From Lingula anatina (lineage: Eukaryota > Animalia > Brachiopoda), in assembly GCA_051362555.1 (NCBI GenBank), contig CM120641.1:1240001-1304000 (forward strand): 64,000 nt of DNA. The letters are read 5' to 3'. Positions within the stretch are counted from its first letter, which is position 1. Each line of letters opens with the position of its first letter. A program made the translations under genes and the position numbers. The notes below the pieces were generated by a model. The model made no database searches and was not told the origin of the DNA. It worked only from the letters and a program-made list of their open reading frames with translations. Of the stretch, positions 39,618 through 50,755 are shown piece after piece.

Positions 39618-42600
39618 GTATTAGAGATACATGGTATTAATTTCTACAGCCCACCTTGGAGAAATCACACCACTGCTGGCACTGTTAACCATGTGACAGC
39701 TCTGCAAGTGTCTCCAGACTACAGTGGCTTTGCCCTTTGGGTCAAATATCACTGGAATTATTATGGAAAAAGAATTAAAACAAATCTATTCTTTGATAGT
39801 ATGTCAGTGATGCAAGATAAATTTGCTTTCAATACATTATTTGCAATTCATACAAGAAGGATACAAGTTTTTATAATATATAATTATTGCAAACCAATTA
39901 AGTCAGTAACTTTTCATTTAGCTGTAATAATTTTAGTACAGAAATTTTATAAATATCCATAAGCTTGTTTTGCTGAAAAATACCCTCTAACAAAATATCA
40001 AACGGCATCAAAACTTAAAACTCATCTCTGGAGGAATTTATCTGAACGAAAAATACAACAAAAATAAAATTCAGTGACAGAAACCAATCTACCAACCAAG
40101 TTGCCTGTTTTCCACGTCTACAAAAGCCGTGAATCCATCTGGAGAAGTCTGCACATCAAATATAACAGTGGATCCCTTCCTGCCATAGCAGTCACCGTAG
40201 CTCACATTTCCATACACCACATCATCAGGTAGCCACATCGCACGCACACATTCGTAGGGGGCTTCCTCAGCAAGAGAGGCAGCATCCACAGCTGGGGGAG
40301 AATGGATGGAAGGGATCGCTGGAATTGTTCCATCACTGAGGTAAACTTGAAGACTCTTCTCCAAGGGGCAGAGAGTTATAACTGTCTCCTCCACACTGGT
40401 GGCCTTGGACAGAGACTGTTCAGCAAACTTGACCATGTGAGTCAGTTCATTGGCCGACTCCACCAGCTCCTCCCGGATACCTCTCTCCCTGTTGATGTTG
40501 GCCTTCGTTATCTCCATACACTGCTGCAACTTCACCATCTGCGCATTCAACTCTCGTAACTTTGCCGTGCTTGCGCTGACCTTTTCGTTCATACCTCCAA
40601 GTTTGCCCTTGCACCTCTCCAGCAGGGACTCCAAGCTGGTTTTCTTTTCGTCTATAAAAGCGCCAACAGAGATAAGGGTGCAAGTCTTGTGCTGTTTCAT
40701 GGTGCATGCAACGCACACACAGCAATCGTGATCACGACAGTAGGTCGATACGTCAAATTGTGGATGACTGTCACACTTTGCCTGATCTCTTATCACCAGG
40801 TTGACTTTGTGGTTCCCAAACCCTGCTGTACTGGTATGCTCCTCTCTGCACTCAAGGCAAAATTTCTTACCGCAGTCAAAGCAGTGAACTGTTGCGTCTT
40901 TCACCTGACCTTCCAACATACAGATGTCGCACACTTCACGTGCTTGGTCCCCGTATGGTGGTGGAAGAGACGACTGGAAACCCTGTTGCTCTAGCACATC
41001 CAAGACTTTCCCAATGTAGATGTTGTTGGGCAGGTTTTGCAGGCCGTTGGCTGGTACAGAGACATCTAGCCTACACATTGGACAGGGAAACTTGGCATCA
41101 GAAACCAAAGAGTTGTGGGCCTCCGCATGCTTCTGTATACAAGCCAGGCAGAACGTGTGTGAGCAGGGGAGGAACTTGGGCTGGCGATCGGGATTAAATT
41201 CTTCAAAGCAGATCTGGCAGCTGCAGACATCGTCAACAGTGCCCTCTAAGTGAGCTGGCTTGAACATTGTTGTTGTTGTTGTCATAGTTTGTTGGTTACC
41301 TGAAAAGACAACAATAACAGTAGATTGTATGTGCTGGAAATGATTTGTGCTTTACATGTACCTGAACAATAACATATATATATATATATATGGTAATTCT
41401 CAAATGTCAATACATCCTATGAATTTTTAATAATAATCATACCCATGAAATGGGTATTCTGACAATCAGGGGTTGAAACAGAAATTCTGGGTCACTGGTC
41501 CTATGGGACTAGTGACTTTGCTGTGTTACTAGTCCCAGCTAATTTTTAGTGGTCCTCGTGTAGTGGTGTGCATTTCAACAATTACATTATTCAGTGACAA
41601 GTGACAATATTATGTTTCCCATAAATTTATATCTGGCATGGGAATGACATAAAGAATAATGTAATATATTTTTTGGTAAACCTTGATCTCAAACTACTCA
41701 AGTGGGTCCCTGTGACTGAGAAAACAAGACTGATAATTCAAAAGTTGTGTCTAAGAGCTGGCATTTGCTCAACACAATTTATAAAATTAATTCAATTGAA
41801 CTTATGGTCGTAAATCCTCAATCATTTTGCTTACCTATGAATAAACATAAAGAAAATATATCTATCTCTCGACTCTGGCACCGATCCTCAAAGTGCGTGC
41901 CTGTCTATATCTTTTAGCATGTCGGCCATTTACAAAGAAGTACAACTCAGAGGAGGGGCAAAGACATCAATCACGTTGCGCGACCGATTAAAATGTAAAT
42001 TGAGGCCATTCTATCCAGGTAGCACCGGTAACAAGTCTTATCTCCGCTCTCGCGGGCTTCTAAGTGCTTAGTGCGTTAGAGATGATAGGCCACGGGCTTT
42101 GACTGTTCAAAACGCAACGTTAGCCCACAAGAAAATGAAACAGAGCAAATTTAACCAAGGAGTTATAAGTCCTTGATTTAACAAACTCCCTTGATGAAAC
42201 TAAACAGTTGACTTTCGAGCAGCGTCAGTCGGGCTAGGCGTAGCTCTCCTGGAGTAGGATATGTCACGTTAAAAGACGTACCTGAGCAATGTCATGGCAT
42301 AGGCAGTAACTGCACTTCCTAGCAAGATAATAATGTGTCCCCTAGTGAGCAAATTACCAAGACAAGCTACACAATCTTTTAACGCGCTTTCAGCAACATC
42401 GGGTTATTTATTAACTTATTTATGAGCGGTTCTTGAACGGTAATTTATTTCACTGTTAGGTTGTTTATTCTTATTGGTTTATTATCTGCTATTCTATTTG
42501 CCAGTCGCCAATGCTAAAGCGACTTTTTTTCTCTTTCTTTTTCTCTGTTAAGACAGCCTGGAGGAGTCCATTTTACCGTCGTTCAACATTCCCCGTCATT

Positions 42601-43284
42601 TTTTTAGTGAAGTTACTTTTTCTTGTACAAAAAATTCTTGTACAAGAAATACTTAGAATGCTTTTTGTAAGCGTACGTGAACTTGACGGAGTGATCGGGC
42701 AAATGGTAACGAATTTTGTAAATACTTGGGGGAAATACGTTTACAGTTTCCTTTTTGGGACAAACTCTCATAGACCACATTCACATCCAAAGTTGAACGG
42801 CGTATTAACAGATCCACAGATCAAATATGATTGACCCACTTGAAAGCTTACCGCGTAATCCCTGTGGGGAGTCTATTTAGTTGTCTTTTGGGGATTATGC
42901 GGCAAGCTTTCAAGTTGGTCGAAACTGTTAGGCCTAGTCCGGGGATAAATTGACTTGTTCTGAATCCGACCATACACTCGCTTCCTAGAACTTCTTTCAG
43001 TGTTGGGCAGAATGTGAGGTGTTTTTTTTTTAATCTTATTTCACCAAACGGAAGCGTCCATTTTTTCATATTTATCTCTTCAGATACTGGACTTGCTGGC
43101 CAAGCAGAGCAGTCTGATGAGAGATCGCCAGCTGCTGGGTAAAGAGGTGGAGTTTCTCCGCGCTCAGGTGGCGCCACCTAACGAGTGCGACTTGGACAAA
43201 CTGGTCACTTCGAGGCGGGGCATGGTGGATGATGTACTGGAGAGTACTCGGCGGGATGGCGACCAGGGGCAGAAAAAGCAGTAG
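18703..43284 (+). CDS. SDCCAG8: SDCCAG8 (centrosomal/ciliary coiled-coil protein) orthologue, spliced, about 813 aa
   Basis: Phase-consistent GT-AG exons: 18703-18766, 19257-19608, 19823-19961, 20210-20341, 20658-20780, 25929-26000, 26411-26475, 26835-27029, 27713-27851, 28130-28282, 28755-28889, 29215-29331, 29557-29685, 29883-30015, 32593-32710, 33090-33264, 43084-43284. Recognisable blocks: GEYQHSLKE, AVDRLRDML, QSNYIKQLEAESQFCK, GLCIQCAQNEA, KERDGL..QREEEAYAQ, LLAKQSSLMRDRQLL. Extra alternative exons are possible. Confidence 0.88.
21712..22506 (-). CDS. TRIM-like RING / B-box1 / B-box2 / short coiled-coil protein with C-terminal transmembrane anchor, nested antisense in SDCCAG8 intron 5
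   Basis: RING CSIC..LPCLHPFC..C..CPLC; B-box1 CDFC..YCITC..LC..H..AH; B-box2 CSFH..FCFNH..LCILC..H; hydrophobic tail LLFFLLCTFIFVMLSSI. A splice acceptor lies just upstream of the Met at 22506 (the ORF track start at 22539 is probably intronic). Confidence 0.85.
   Translation of the reverse strand: MAHSKGARPKEQTSGDIDLDLLTCSICLEAFTEPIGLPCLHPFCKKCLKDHVRRAAFGQSFSCPLCRKKTTLPRQGVDAFPRYFVAPKIQDYVKEMNKSEQRCDFCWDSDETVVTATSYCITCKPVKFLCSLHLQAHRKLNVKVPHKTKDIQPQGTKCSFHPRENVVYFCFNHGICLCILCTGREEHTSCRLLDLNEGYTHQIKEVQELAQQCETLKKQNQELTLKLKKTCEIPASPVNDWNGLLFFLLCTFIFVMLSSIRTDT
22597..22637. repeat. (ATTT)n microsatellite
   Basis: Seen directly. Confidence 0.9.
23330..23535. repeat. Degenerate ~20-bp minisatellite (GGGGCTCAGCAATCATCCCCT-like, about 9 units)
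   Basis: Repeated CAG(G/C)AATCATCCCCTGGGG units. Confidence 0.8.
24268..24843 (-). CDS. RING-less B-box2 / coiled-coil protein with polyQ and C-terminal TM anchor, nested antisense in SDCCAG8 intron 5
   Basis: B-box CEDH..YCSRH..VCMQC..H; TM LAGMCFALVLTCVMICIMLW at the extreme C-terminus. An in-frame TAA two codons before the ATG excludes an upstream RING exon in this frame. Confidence 0.75.
   Translation of the reverse strand: MLHRIAMSLYTTQASVTGDMVTGPYKRYRQHGRHHQQQPLQQIIQEQQQQQQWADNVITNEIDISSDEENLDADAFYIACEDHRQNHVVAYCSRHKCCVCMQCISDDGYHQSCILTDFKRALTVKEIELETAQNVIDSMQEQFAKRGDIWSTCFSIPGQYDKVEDREDIDNLAGMCFALVLTCVMICIMLW
30152..30199 (-). ncRNA. Minimal type I hammerhead ribozyme motif in the PLE 3' pseudo-LTR
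   Basis: Minus strand reads UUACUCC-CUGAUGA-U-GGUGAC(ugaca)GUCACA-GAAA-UAUU-GGAGGUAA: both core boxes, stems I and II, and a short palindromic stem III. Confidence 0.7.
30251..32170 (-). CDS. Penelope-like reverse transcriptase plus GIY-YIG endonuclease (N-terminally truncated)
   Basis: PADKG, PKIHK..RPIVS, SFDVSALFT, YGAAMGSPLSP, RYVDD, YRKAT..DHYL, GVIYSVKCGTC..YIGETGR..R..EH, E..I....PDLNR. Confidence 0.93.
   Translation of the reverse strand, partial: LNYAIAPSKLPVRDVIIQTEVACQKLNIEQAAKLRHEVVGTLRSSNPPKPNLTKGERNAIKSLKNNKDIIIIPADKGKAVVTMDRNEYEEKCNNLLKDETTYKQLAKDPTQKLKTRLINKLKNIRKENRIDDATYQKIYPTAEVTPRFYATPKIHKKDNPVRPIVSGINSITYELAKHLAKLLKPLVGKTKYHIQNSQHLVKLLKGITLEKDDTLVSFDVSALFTSVPCDEVVGMCVNRCQKDTTWASRTALTPEDMGELLAMTLDTTYFQYKGKFYQQTYGAAMGSPLSPVIANIFMEEFEMKALQTTPNPPKFWGRYVDDTGVVSKKTHVQALFEHINAQHQSIHFTIEEENVEGSLPMLDVKMTKDKERIKTTVYRKATNTDHYLQWSSHHPTSQKLSVPASLFHRCETVISDTEDKQTERKKIEKDLLACGYPKWALKQGEKRGKNRHDKEKDAMGLIEGAKQSIVLPYCQGLSEKLSRVYKKYNIKLHHKPGWTLRQALVKPKDPLTQGEQCGVIYSVKCGTCQGEYIGETGRPLATRMKEHKDSVAKNNWKSALGEHTCKHPGHHIDFDSLKVIDRENWTFQRKIAEAVHIRTKQPDLNRQGGYDLPAIYLTVLQRDAEEPRGEQVTVTTQGQ
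32252..32299 (+). ncRNA. Second (inverted) copy of the hammerhead ribozyme motif
   Basis: CTGATGA at 32259-32265 and GAAA at 32284-32287; same sequence as the copy at 30152-30199. Confidence 0.7.
33938..41285 (-). CDS. TRIM-NHL protein (RING, B-box1, B-box2, coiled coil, NHL/beta-propeller), about 706 aa, nested antisense in the last SDCCAG8 intron
   Basis: Phase-consistent exons 41285-40097, 39751-39655, 39495-39340, 34616-33938 (2121 nt). RING CQIC..LPCSHTFC..CPMC; two B-boxes; NHL repeats FGSYGNGDAQFDMP, YISDSLNNCVKMF, VSDTGNNKVKLF; acidic tail. Confidence 0.88.
34949..38299 (-). mobile_element. HINE copy 2 with about 15 units of the 143-146 bp satellite (more diverged subfamily)
   Basis: Same termini as copy 1 (ACTAGAGGATCAGAGAGGCGATACCGCCTCC ... 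CGCTGGTGGTACA); array at about 35160-37300. Confidence 0.88.
38354..39249. mobile_element. Non-autonomous TIR element (~900 bp)
   Basis: Imperfect TIRs CAGGGGGCAAATCCAGG / CTAAATCCGCCACTG; CTGAG direct repeat at 38349-38353 and 39250-39254. Confidence 0.55.
42149..42182. mobile_element. 20-bp palindrome between 7-bp direct repeats (transposon footprint or minimal element)
   Basis: ATTTAAC-CAAGGAGTTATAAGTCCTTG-ATTTAAC. Confidence 0.6.
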
Positions 43285-46200
43285 AGACGGGGATAAAATA
43301 TCATGGAAACCTGAATGGATGCGGGAATGAATGCATATTCATTCAATGAAAGATTCACTATCTATTGCTTAAATTTTGTTTAATTATTTTTACTTTTATG
43401 GCAAATGCTGCATCGCGGGCGAAAACATCCAAAATCTTTAACATTTCTGGCCTTTTACATCTTCATCTTACGTCTATTATGTGATTTTATTTATTTTTTA
43501 TGTTTTTCAAGAAATACATATTGTTGTGAATTTTCTGTTTATTGCTGGTCAATTTTACACTTTTTACACAATTTTCGTTTCAATGCATGATATCTTTTCA
43601 AAAGATATAGGGGCCTATATTTATACAGCGAAAAACATATTCACGTATGTAACAATGAAACTGCGTCCATGTATCGTTAACAGTGTTTGATAGGGACAAA
43701 CGTACTCTCTGCTGTGCTTATTTTGATATTAATTTTGATATTCTGTCATTGTCGGATTAGCTGGCGTAACGTCCTGTTTACTTACTTATTTTCTGCCTTA
43801 TTACTATAATCATTTACCAGAGCGGACATCCTCATTATTTTCTCAGTAGAGAATTAGGTTTTATTCAAGCTTTTGTTGTCCTTTTTTGAAAATCTGTTAT
43901 TATTTTCATGCCTGGAACTTCAATTGTCGGATTCCTGTTTACGCGTAACAAGGAGCGGTGTGCTGAGTACAGAAAAGAAAATGTTGATTTCCGGACCGAT
44001 AAAACAATATCTTCACAAAAATAGATAAATAAATAGAATAAAAACGTGGCTTTGTCCACATATTTATTTGATAGGCTCAGATGGACGTATTTAAGTTCAC
44101 TTAATAAAATGTCTTCTTATGCGTACTTAGGCTCAGGGACTGTCTTATGAAATGTTTTCATCACATTTATAATGATTTAAGATAAACGTTTTCAATATTA
44201 GATATAAACAGTGTGTACATTTGTTTGTTAACAAATTGCATATTTGTTTTTGAATAGGCTCTACAACAGCATGCAGCGATGTTTTATTTTCGTACCTTTC
44301 TCCGTTTAACTGATGTACCGTTCGGCTGTCCATGTGTACGCAGTGGTCATTTACCTAGCGCAAGTGTCTACGCTATTTCAAAAAAAAATGTAGGGACGGA
44401 GCAGATGTATTTATTTATGCAGTCAAAAATCTGACAATCAGGCGGCTACACGGGTTTTTATATGAAAGTTTTGTTCCCCCTCCAGATTATGAAGAAAAGC
44501 TTATCATTCTATTACATGTTCTAGCCCCACCTACATGTACACATATCCAAACCCACCCCAATCTGCCATTAACTATTGTTAGATTTATGGTAGAAGGAAT
44601 GAACAATTACATTATTATAATATATTATTGTATATTTAAACACACACTTTATGTCACCAAGAGATTTTTATTTGAAAAATCGCTATATGGGTTTTGTGCT
44701 TTAACTGCAGGTGTTTACTTCCTTTTCTATCACATACACACACCACACAGTTTAATAAAAATTGTTCAGTATATTACAGATTCAGTGCGTTGTTATATAC
44801 TGGGGATTGTGTGTAGTACATGTATGCAACAGGGAGTTGTTTAAACACGGGTAACATTACGTCAAATTTTCTCTAATTTTGTTTCGAAAAACCGATCTCG
44901 TGTATGTGTGATGGCTAAACTTCTGCTCTTTAAAGGTCTTGGACTTTAAAAAAGCTTTCTTTGCATCAAAATCGTTACATTTTTGTGCTAAGTTCCAGAA
45001 TTTACCCACTAAGGATTGGGATTTATAAATAAACTACCCTCTAACAGGGCCGTGATTGTTTCACTAGATTTTCTAAGATTTTCCTCTTTCTGTTGCTCTG
45101 CACTTTTCTGAACTGAGAAATTATTAAAAAAAGAATGATGTCATCACGCAGCTGGGCTCTGGTAGAGGATAGGAATTTTACTTTAGATTCTTTTTCTTTT
45201 TTTCTGGAATTGGCTTTTGTATGAACTGTGAAAATGAATATACAAGGAGAGTTCGCTAAAATGGTTTACGAATTTTTTCTCTCTCGTGAGGATAGTCTGG
45301 TCCCATCCAAGTCTTATGATGGATACCAAAACATCCAAAAACTCCCTACAAACCCTTGCAAGTTCACTTTTTTCCGTCAAGAATTCTGAAATTCCGAAAA
45401 TAAATAACAATATAGACAAATAAATCGACAGATGAAATTAGATATAAATATAACTGAAGAAAGTTCCAGCCTATGGCGAACACTGCAGTAAACGCCACGG
45501 AAATGGAGAAAGAAAAAAGGCAGTACTGTAGTACAGCAGTATATAACCGTGACCACACTTTCCCATCCTTCACATCAATGAGCTTTATTACAGCAAATAG
45601 CGACTAACAGCCCAGACTTGTAGGTTAACCAGCAGCCACATGCCCTCAATTAGTTTTTCTGTTGAACTTCTGGGCCACGGAAGAACGGATGGTGTGTGTG
45701 CTATCAAAGAGCCTGTCACCTCGAGTTTCCGTGTGAATAAATTCCGTCCTCTCTTTCTCGTAATGTTTTTTAGATATCATTAATATTACTTGAAATTAAA
45801 AGGTAGCGATTTTATTAAATTACAGTTATTAAACAAGCAAATAATTGTATCTTTATCCAAGAATTATTAACACCGCAAGTAAAACATGTTGGGAAAAAAT
45901 GCTGTGAAATTCAGGACCAGTTTCAGTGGTTGACCTCGTAATTCAGAGTGTCAGCGAGCTGGGAAAAGCGCAGGGAAACAAGAGCACGGATCAGCGCACC
46001 ACTATTATTAAGATCGCACCGCCTGGGCGACGATGCCAGCCTATAATGTTCAGGCATGGTGTCAAGTTGCTAGTGATCTCAGGTTGACACTGTGAGAAAG
46101 AAGAGAATTATGGCGAAGGCTACAAAAGATCACAAAAGAGATGAATGTTTAAGCTGGAGATAAGTTTTTTTCTGTATTTTTGTACGCACATCACGGCTTT

Positions 46201-46759
46201 ACCAGTAACTTGTATAGAATGGAACAAAGAAGAGATTTACACTTTCCCTCTTGATTTGAAAACAAGCAAAAGAATAAATAAGAATTTAATATTTATAATG
46301 AATTTGTACCAAATATTTTTTCAAAACATAAAAAGGTAAAATATTAAAGATAAATATAAATTAATAAATATAAAAGTAAAGTTGAACTATAGATAGCGCA
46401 GCCTAATTATTCTTTTGTCACAGTGATTGATGTTAGACATGTTATCTTAATAATGCGTTAACTAAATAAATTATTTTCCGTTTGATCTGAATAAAATGAA
46501 ATGTGTAAAATTCCGTTTTTTCGCGAAAAACGCAACGGAGCTTTGCTAAAATATAAGTGTAAACAATAACAATCTCCACCGAGTGACGCCATGTTGTTGT
46601 GTCCTCGGTCGTATTCAATATTTGACACATCGCATATGAACTCTGGAATTCCCGACATGTAGGGTTGTTATTCGATTTAATTCAATTTCGATGATATGAT
46701 ACTAGAAATATTGTTCTGTTTGTTCTGTGAACCACTACAGGTATACTTCACGGAAATAC

Positions 46760-46860
46760 TATAACCGGAAGGGAACCGCAAGCACGTGGAAGCCTGGTGA
46801 CTCAGTCGACGCACTGAACGCGCTGCCAATCATGTATAGACAACAATGGAAGTGATCCCG
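46760..46860 (+). promoter_or_regulatory. Candidate promoter of the four-TM gene
   Basis: Cluster of CCGGAAG (ETS), CACGTG, TGACTCA (AP-1) and CCAAT motifs about 250-350 bp upstream of the ATG at 47109. Confidence 0.4.
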
Positions 46861-47108
46861 CTTACTTCACACTAACAATCTCAAAATGTTAGCTCAAACT
46901 TGAGCCCAAACAGAACAAAAGAGAGAGAAAGATGGGGAGTGAATGCTGTCGGGTTTTCTTCGTTTTGTTATGAATTTGGTGACTGAGGATGTGTAAATTT
47001 TGAGTTGATGAAGATTTAGCAGTGGATTGATTACATTTCGGGTCAGTTGGTTGGATCTTCTCTGCCAGGCAAAGCGGAGAAATCGTTCTCTGTTCATTTC
47101 AAAGAAAG

Positions 47109-50100
47109 ATGGGATCGGGAGAAAGGAAACTTCGGGTCATCGCAATTTGGAGCTTGGTAAGTGTCTGTATATATATGAGATACGGAGTGGTCGATAAATA
47201 TGTTCAACAAAAATATTGATTTTTTTTTAAATATAGTCTCACAGAAATCAAATTTAATACCGTGCCTTATCAACCATAACAATATAGGTATATTGTACGT
47301 ATGTCCCTTGCAAATTACACTATAGGAGAGTATAAAGTAAGATTAGTAAGAGTAAAGTAAAAGAATAGGGAAAGCAAACCTTGGTCAAAAAATTTTAAAA
47401 ATGTAAACAACGATATTTTTTTCTTTCTCGTTTATCCAAATTTATGTAATGAAAAAGGTAAACAAAGAAAAGGTACAAGGGGTATCATTGGCAATAAATC
47501 TTAAAAACAACTTCATGTTCTACCTTTGAATTAAGACGCCACTTCTTTTTTGATCAACTGTAAAAAAAGGCAAAATAATTATTATAAGCACGTCTTAAAC
47601 CTGTATGGCTTTAAGACCTGTCAAACCACGTGGAAACGTAGCAGCCTTAGGCGTAATATTCACCAGTAAATTACACATATGCATCATCTCAGTATACGTG
47701 ACTGTCTTCAGGTGTGTGGGTCCTTGGTCCTCGGTCTACGAGCCGTGTTGTACGTCCTGCGTGACTCAGTGGGTGTCTTGTCCCCACACTATGGAGGGGG
47801 GCAAGCGGCGGAGGGTACGTGGTGGGAAAAATGATTTAAAATGTGAATGAGAATAACATTGGAATACGTGGAGATTAGACGTAAGGATGTATTTATATAA
47901 AATTTTGGAAGAGAATATTCAGACGGAGTCTTCATTTGCTCTAATTTTTAACTTATGGTTTTTTTTTTTCTTTTTGAAATGGTTGAATGCGTTTGTAGCT
48001 TTTAAACGGGGTTTTGTTTATTTTTGTTTACCAAAGGACACATTAAGCTGGAGAATGTTCATTTGAGAATAAGTGCAGTAGAAAACCCACATACTTTGAG
48101 AAAGATATATTACTTCCATTTATAACTAAGTGCGTAAGATGTAGAAATTATTTGACAGTATAAAGATTTCGTTTTTAAGAAAACAAATTCACTTTCATGA
48201 TTGTCACTTATTTATTGTTATTTGTTAATGGATTAAAGACGCCATTTCAGACGCCATTTCACGTTTCAGACGGCGGCCACGTTCAGGATACCGCTCTGGA
48301 GGTTGCAATGTTAATTCTAGACATCGTTGTTCTCTCTTTTTGGATACTGAGCACCATTCTTTTTTACAGGGGCATAGCTAAGGTAAGATGATCTCTGAAA
48401 AGAGGGTGTACCGTCAAAATACAATGAGGACTCTATAGCATTTTCTCAGTGCACCTGTAGCGTTTACAGGTCACGAGGATCATTTATAATTTTTGTATTA
48501 GCGTTATGAGATTAGTCAGCAGTCATGAGACGTCCATCTGCTATATTAACACAGTGCAGTGCTTATACAGTGCGTATAGGTTTCCCCAAGTCAATGACGT
48601 CAGTGTATGAAAACGGCCCAATTTTCCAACTTTTTTGTTAAGAATCAAACACAGCTTTACATACCTTTAGAGAATGAAGTATTGTTTATTGAATAGGCTC
48701 GATGATCTCAGTTATGAAAATTGTGAAATTTACCTGGTTGTTTTCAGATGTCTTTAAGCCACCTGTTCCCTTGGTTTCTTATGACCGTGGCAGTCACAGG
48801 CGTCTTTGTCTATAAACTAATACGAGACTTCTCAAATGCTGGTAAGATACAGATATTCCCTTTTCCTTCACGTTATAAATGTTTGTGTGTGTGCGTGTGT
48901 GTGTGTGTGCGTGTGTGTGCCTTCGTATATGTGCCCGTGCGTTCGTGTGTGTTCGCGTTAATGTGTACGCGCGTGTGTGCGGACGTGGGTAGAGAGAAGG
49001 GTTAAGAAATAGAAAAATAGTGAATATAAAACGAAGCAATTCAAATGTTTGATAATAACTTTCTATGTCAACAATGTGAAAAAAAATCACAGAGCGACTG
49101 AAGAACACGTACATAAATTCAAATACGATCAAATGACACTGATGTGAATTTTAAATGAACATGATTATGCTTGAATTGATATATTTCATTTAGGATCTTT
49201 TGTTTTCGAATGTTGCTGTTTCTTGATACATTTTAAATATAAAATATTGACAATTTTTTATCTTTTCGATAGATCATAGATTTCGCGACAAGCCGATCAA
49301 CATCACTTGGTTCGTTATATCTTTTATTGCGGTTGCTGTGAACGTAAGTTTTATTTTTACTTATTTGCAGTTTAAGACGCCTTGAAATGATTGATATAAA
49401 ATACATACAGATGTCACCAAAGTAATGTGTCATTAAGTTAAATGGGATCAAAAACGACAGTTGGATGATATTGAAATATAAAATTGTGCCAAAGCTAATA
49501 TATGAGTTTGATAATGTTGTGCAATTAACATATAATGTTATTATTCTTTTTAGACACTTGCTGTTTTGTACGTTTTGCAGTACATGCGAGAGAACAATAG
49601 GAAATTCATGAGTAAAGTATGCAAGATTTCATCTTTACAAATTATAACAGATGGAACTCTAATTGCTTTTATCTCTAAAGTTTATAAGTCAATATAATGA
49701 ACAGGTTTACCCTTACGGCCACTCTCTACTCCAAAAGGTTTAGCTTGTAATATTTATTTAGCACCGGTACCAATAGATGCGATTGACTTTGCTCACAATA
49801 TTATTTTGCGGCGTTCCAATCTCTTTGTAGAAAATGTCATAGTGTTATTCACCAGAAACGCATTGAATGTTAATATCCAGAGTATTCTTTATCCTGTCAG
49901 TCACTTGCACAGAGTCTCATGTCAGTATTCTCCATATTACAGCGTGTGGAGCAGAGACCGTTGCCGGAGTCGATCGGAGCAGAATCACCCAGAGCCGCAG
50001 CAGAGAACCACTCTACATCGATATTCGGGCCTCCAGTCTACATGGACCCTACTAATGTTGTCCCTTCCACGAGTGTTCCATTAACAGCTGAAAATAATCC

Positions 50101-50755
50101 AAAGTGTGCTAATGATATTTTCCGGAAAGTTTTGTCACCATTCGTCAAAAAAATGAAGAGGGACGAGGGTCACATATATCTAAATTCTGAGCCAGTGGAA
50201 TCGTCACTTTTGGGTGATGTGGAGCGCAGTGCCCACTCACTGCCAGGTTATGCAAATTCATCAGTTTTGGGAGTGCATGATGATGCGTCCGCCACAAATA
50301 ACGAGCAGGAACAAAGCGGTAAGGCGAACGCTGTAAAAACACGTCGACCTGTGGCCCTGCCCCGTTGTCGCCACCAAGACGTCAGCGGAGTCACTCACGG
50401 GGTCAATTGTTATGCTTCTAGCAATGTCCAGAATTTAGGAACAGAGCGGTGCGAAAGTATACAAGTCAATTCTGGTGTCTGTAATTCTGAGCAGGACTCG
50501 GAAGAAGCATTTGAATATATTTATGATGACATTATCCCAGTTTTACCGCAACAGTCGATGACTAATGACATTACTCTAGCAGAAAAGTCAGAAAGTGGCA
50601 CTGGCCACCGCATTTCACACTGTAACGCCATTGTATCACCTACAACTCAAGGAGGCAATTGTCAAGAAGGCAATTGCCATAAATTGGAAAGTGGCAGTGA
50701 GCTTAAACATGGCCATGTCAGCAAAATGAAAGCTTTGCTTTTTGGTAGCGCTTGA
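47109..50755 (+). CDS. Uncharacterised four-transmembrane protein (LAPTM/DUF4728-like topology) with long disordered C-terminal tail, about 448 aa
   Basis: Phase-consistent exons 47109-47156, 47712-47814, 48270-48382, 48748-48841, 49273-49343, 49554-49616, 49901-50755. Hydrophobic segments VIAIWSLVCGSLVLGL, MLILDIVVLSFWILSTILFY, LFPWFLMTVAVTGVFVY, WFVISFIAVAVNTLAVLYVL. Confidence 0.72.
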
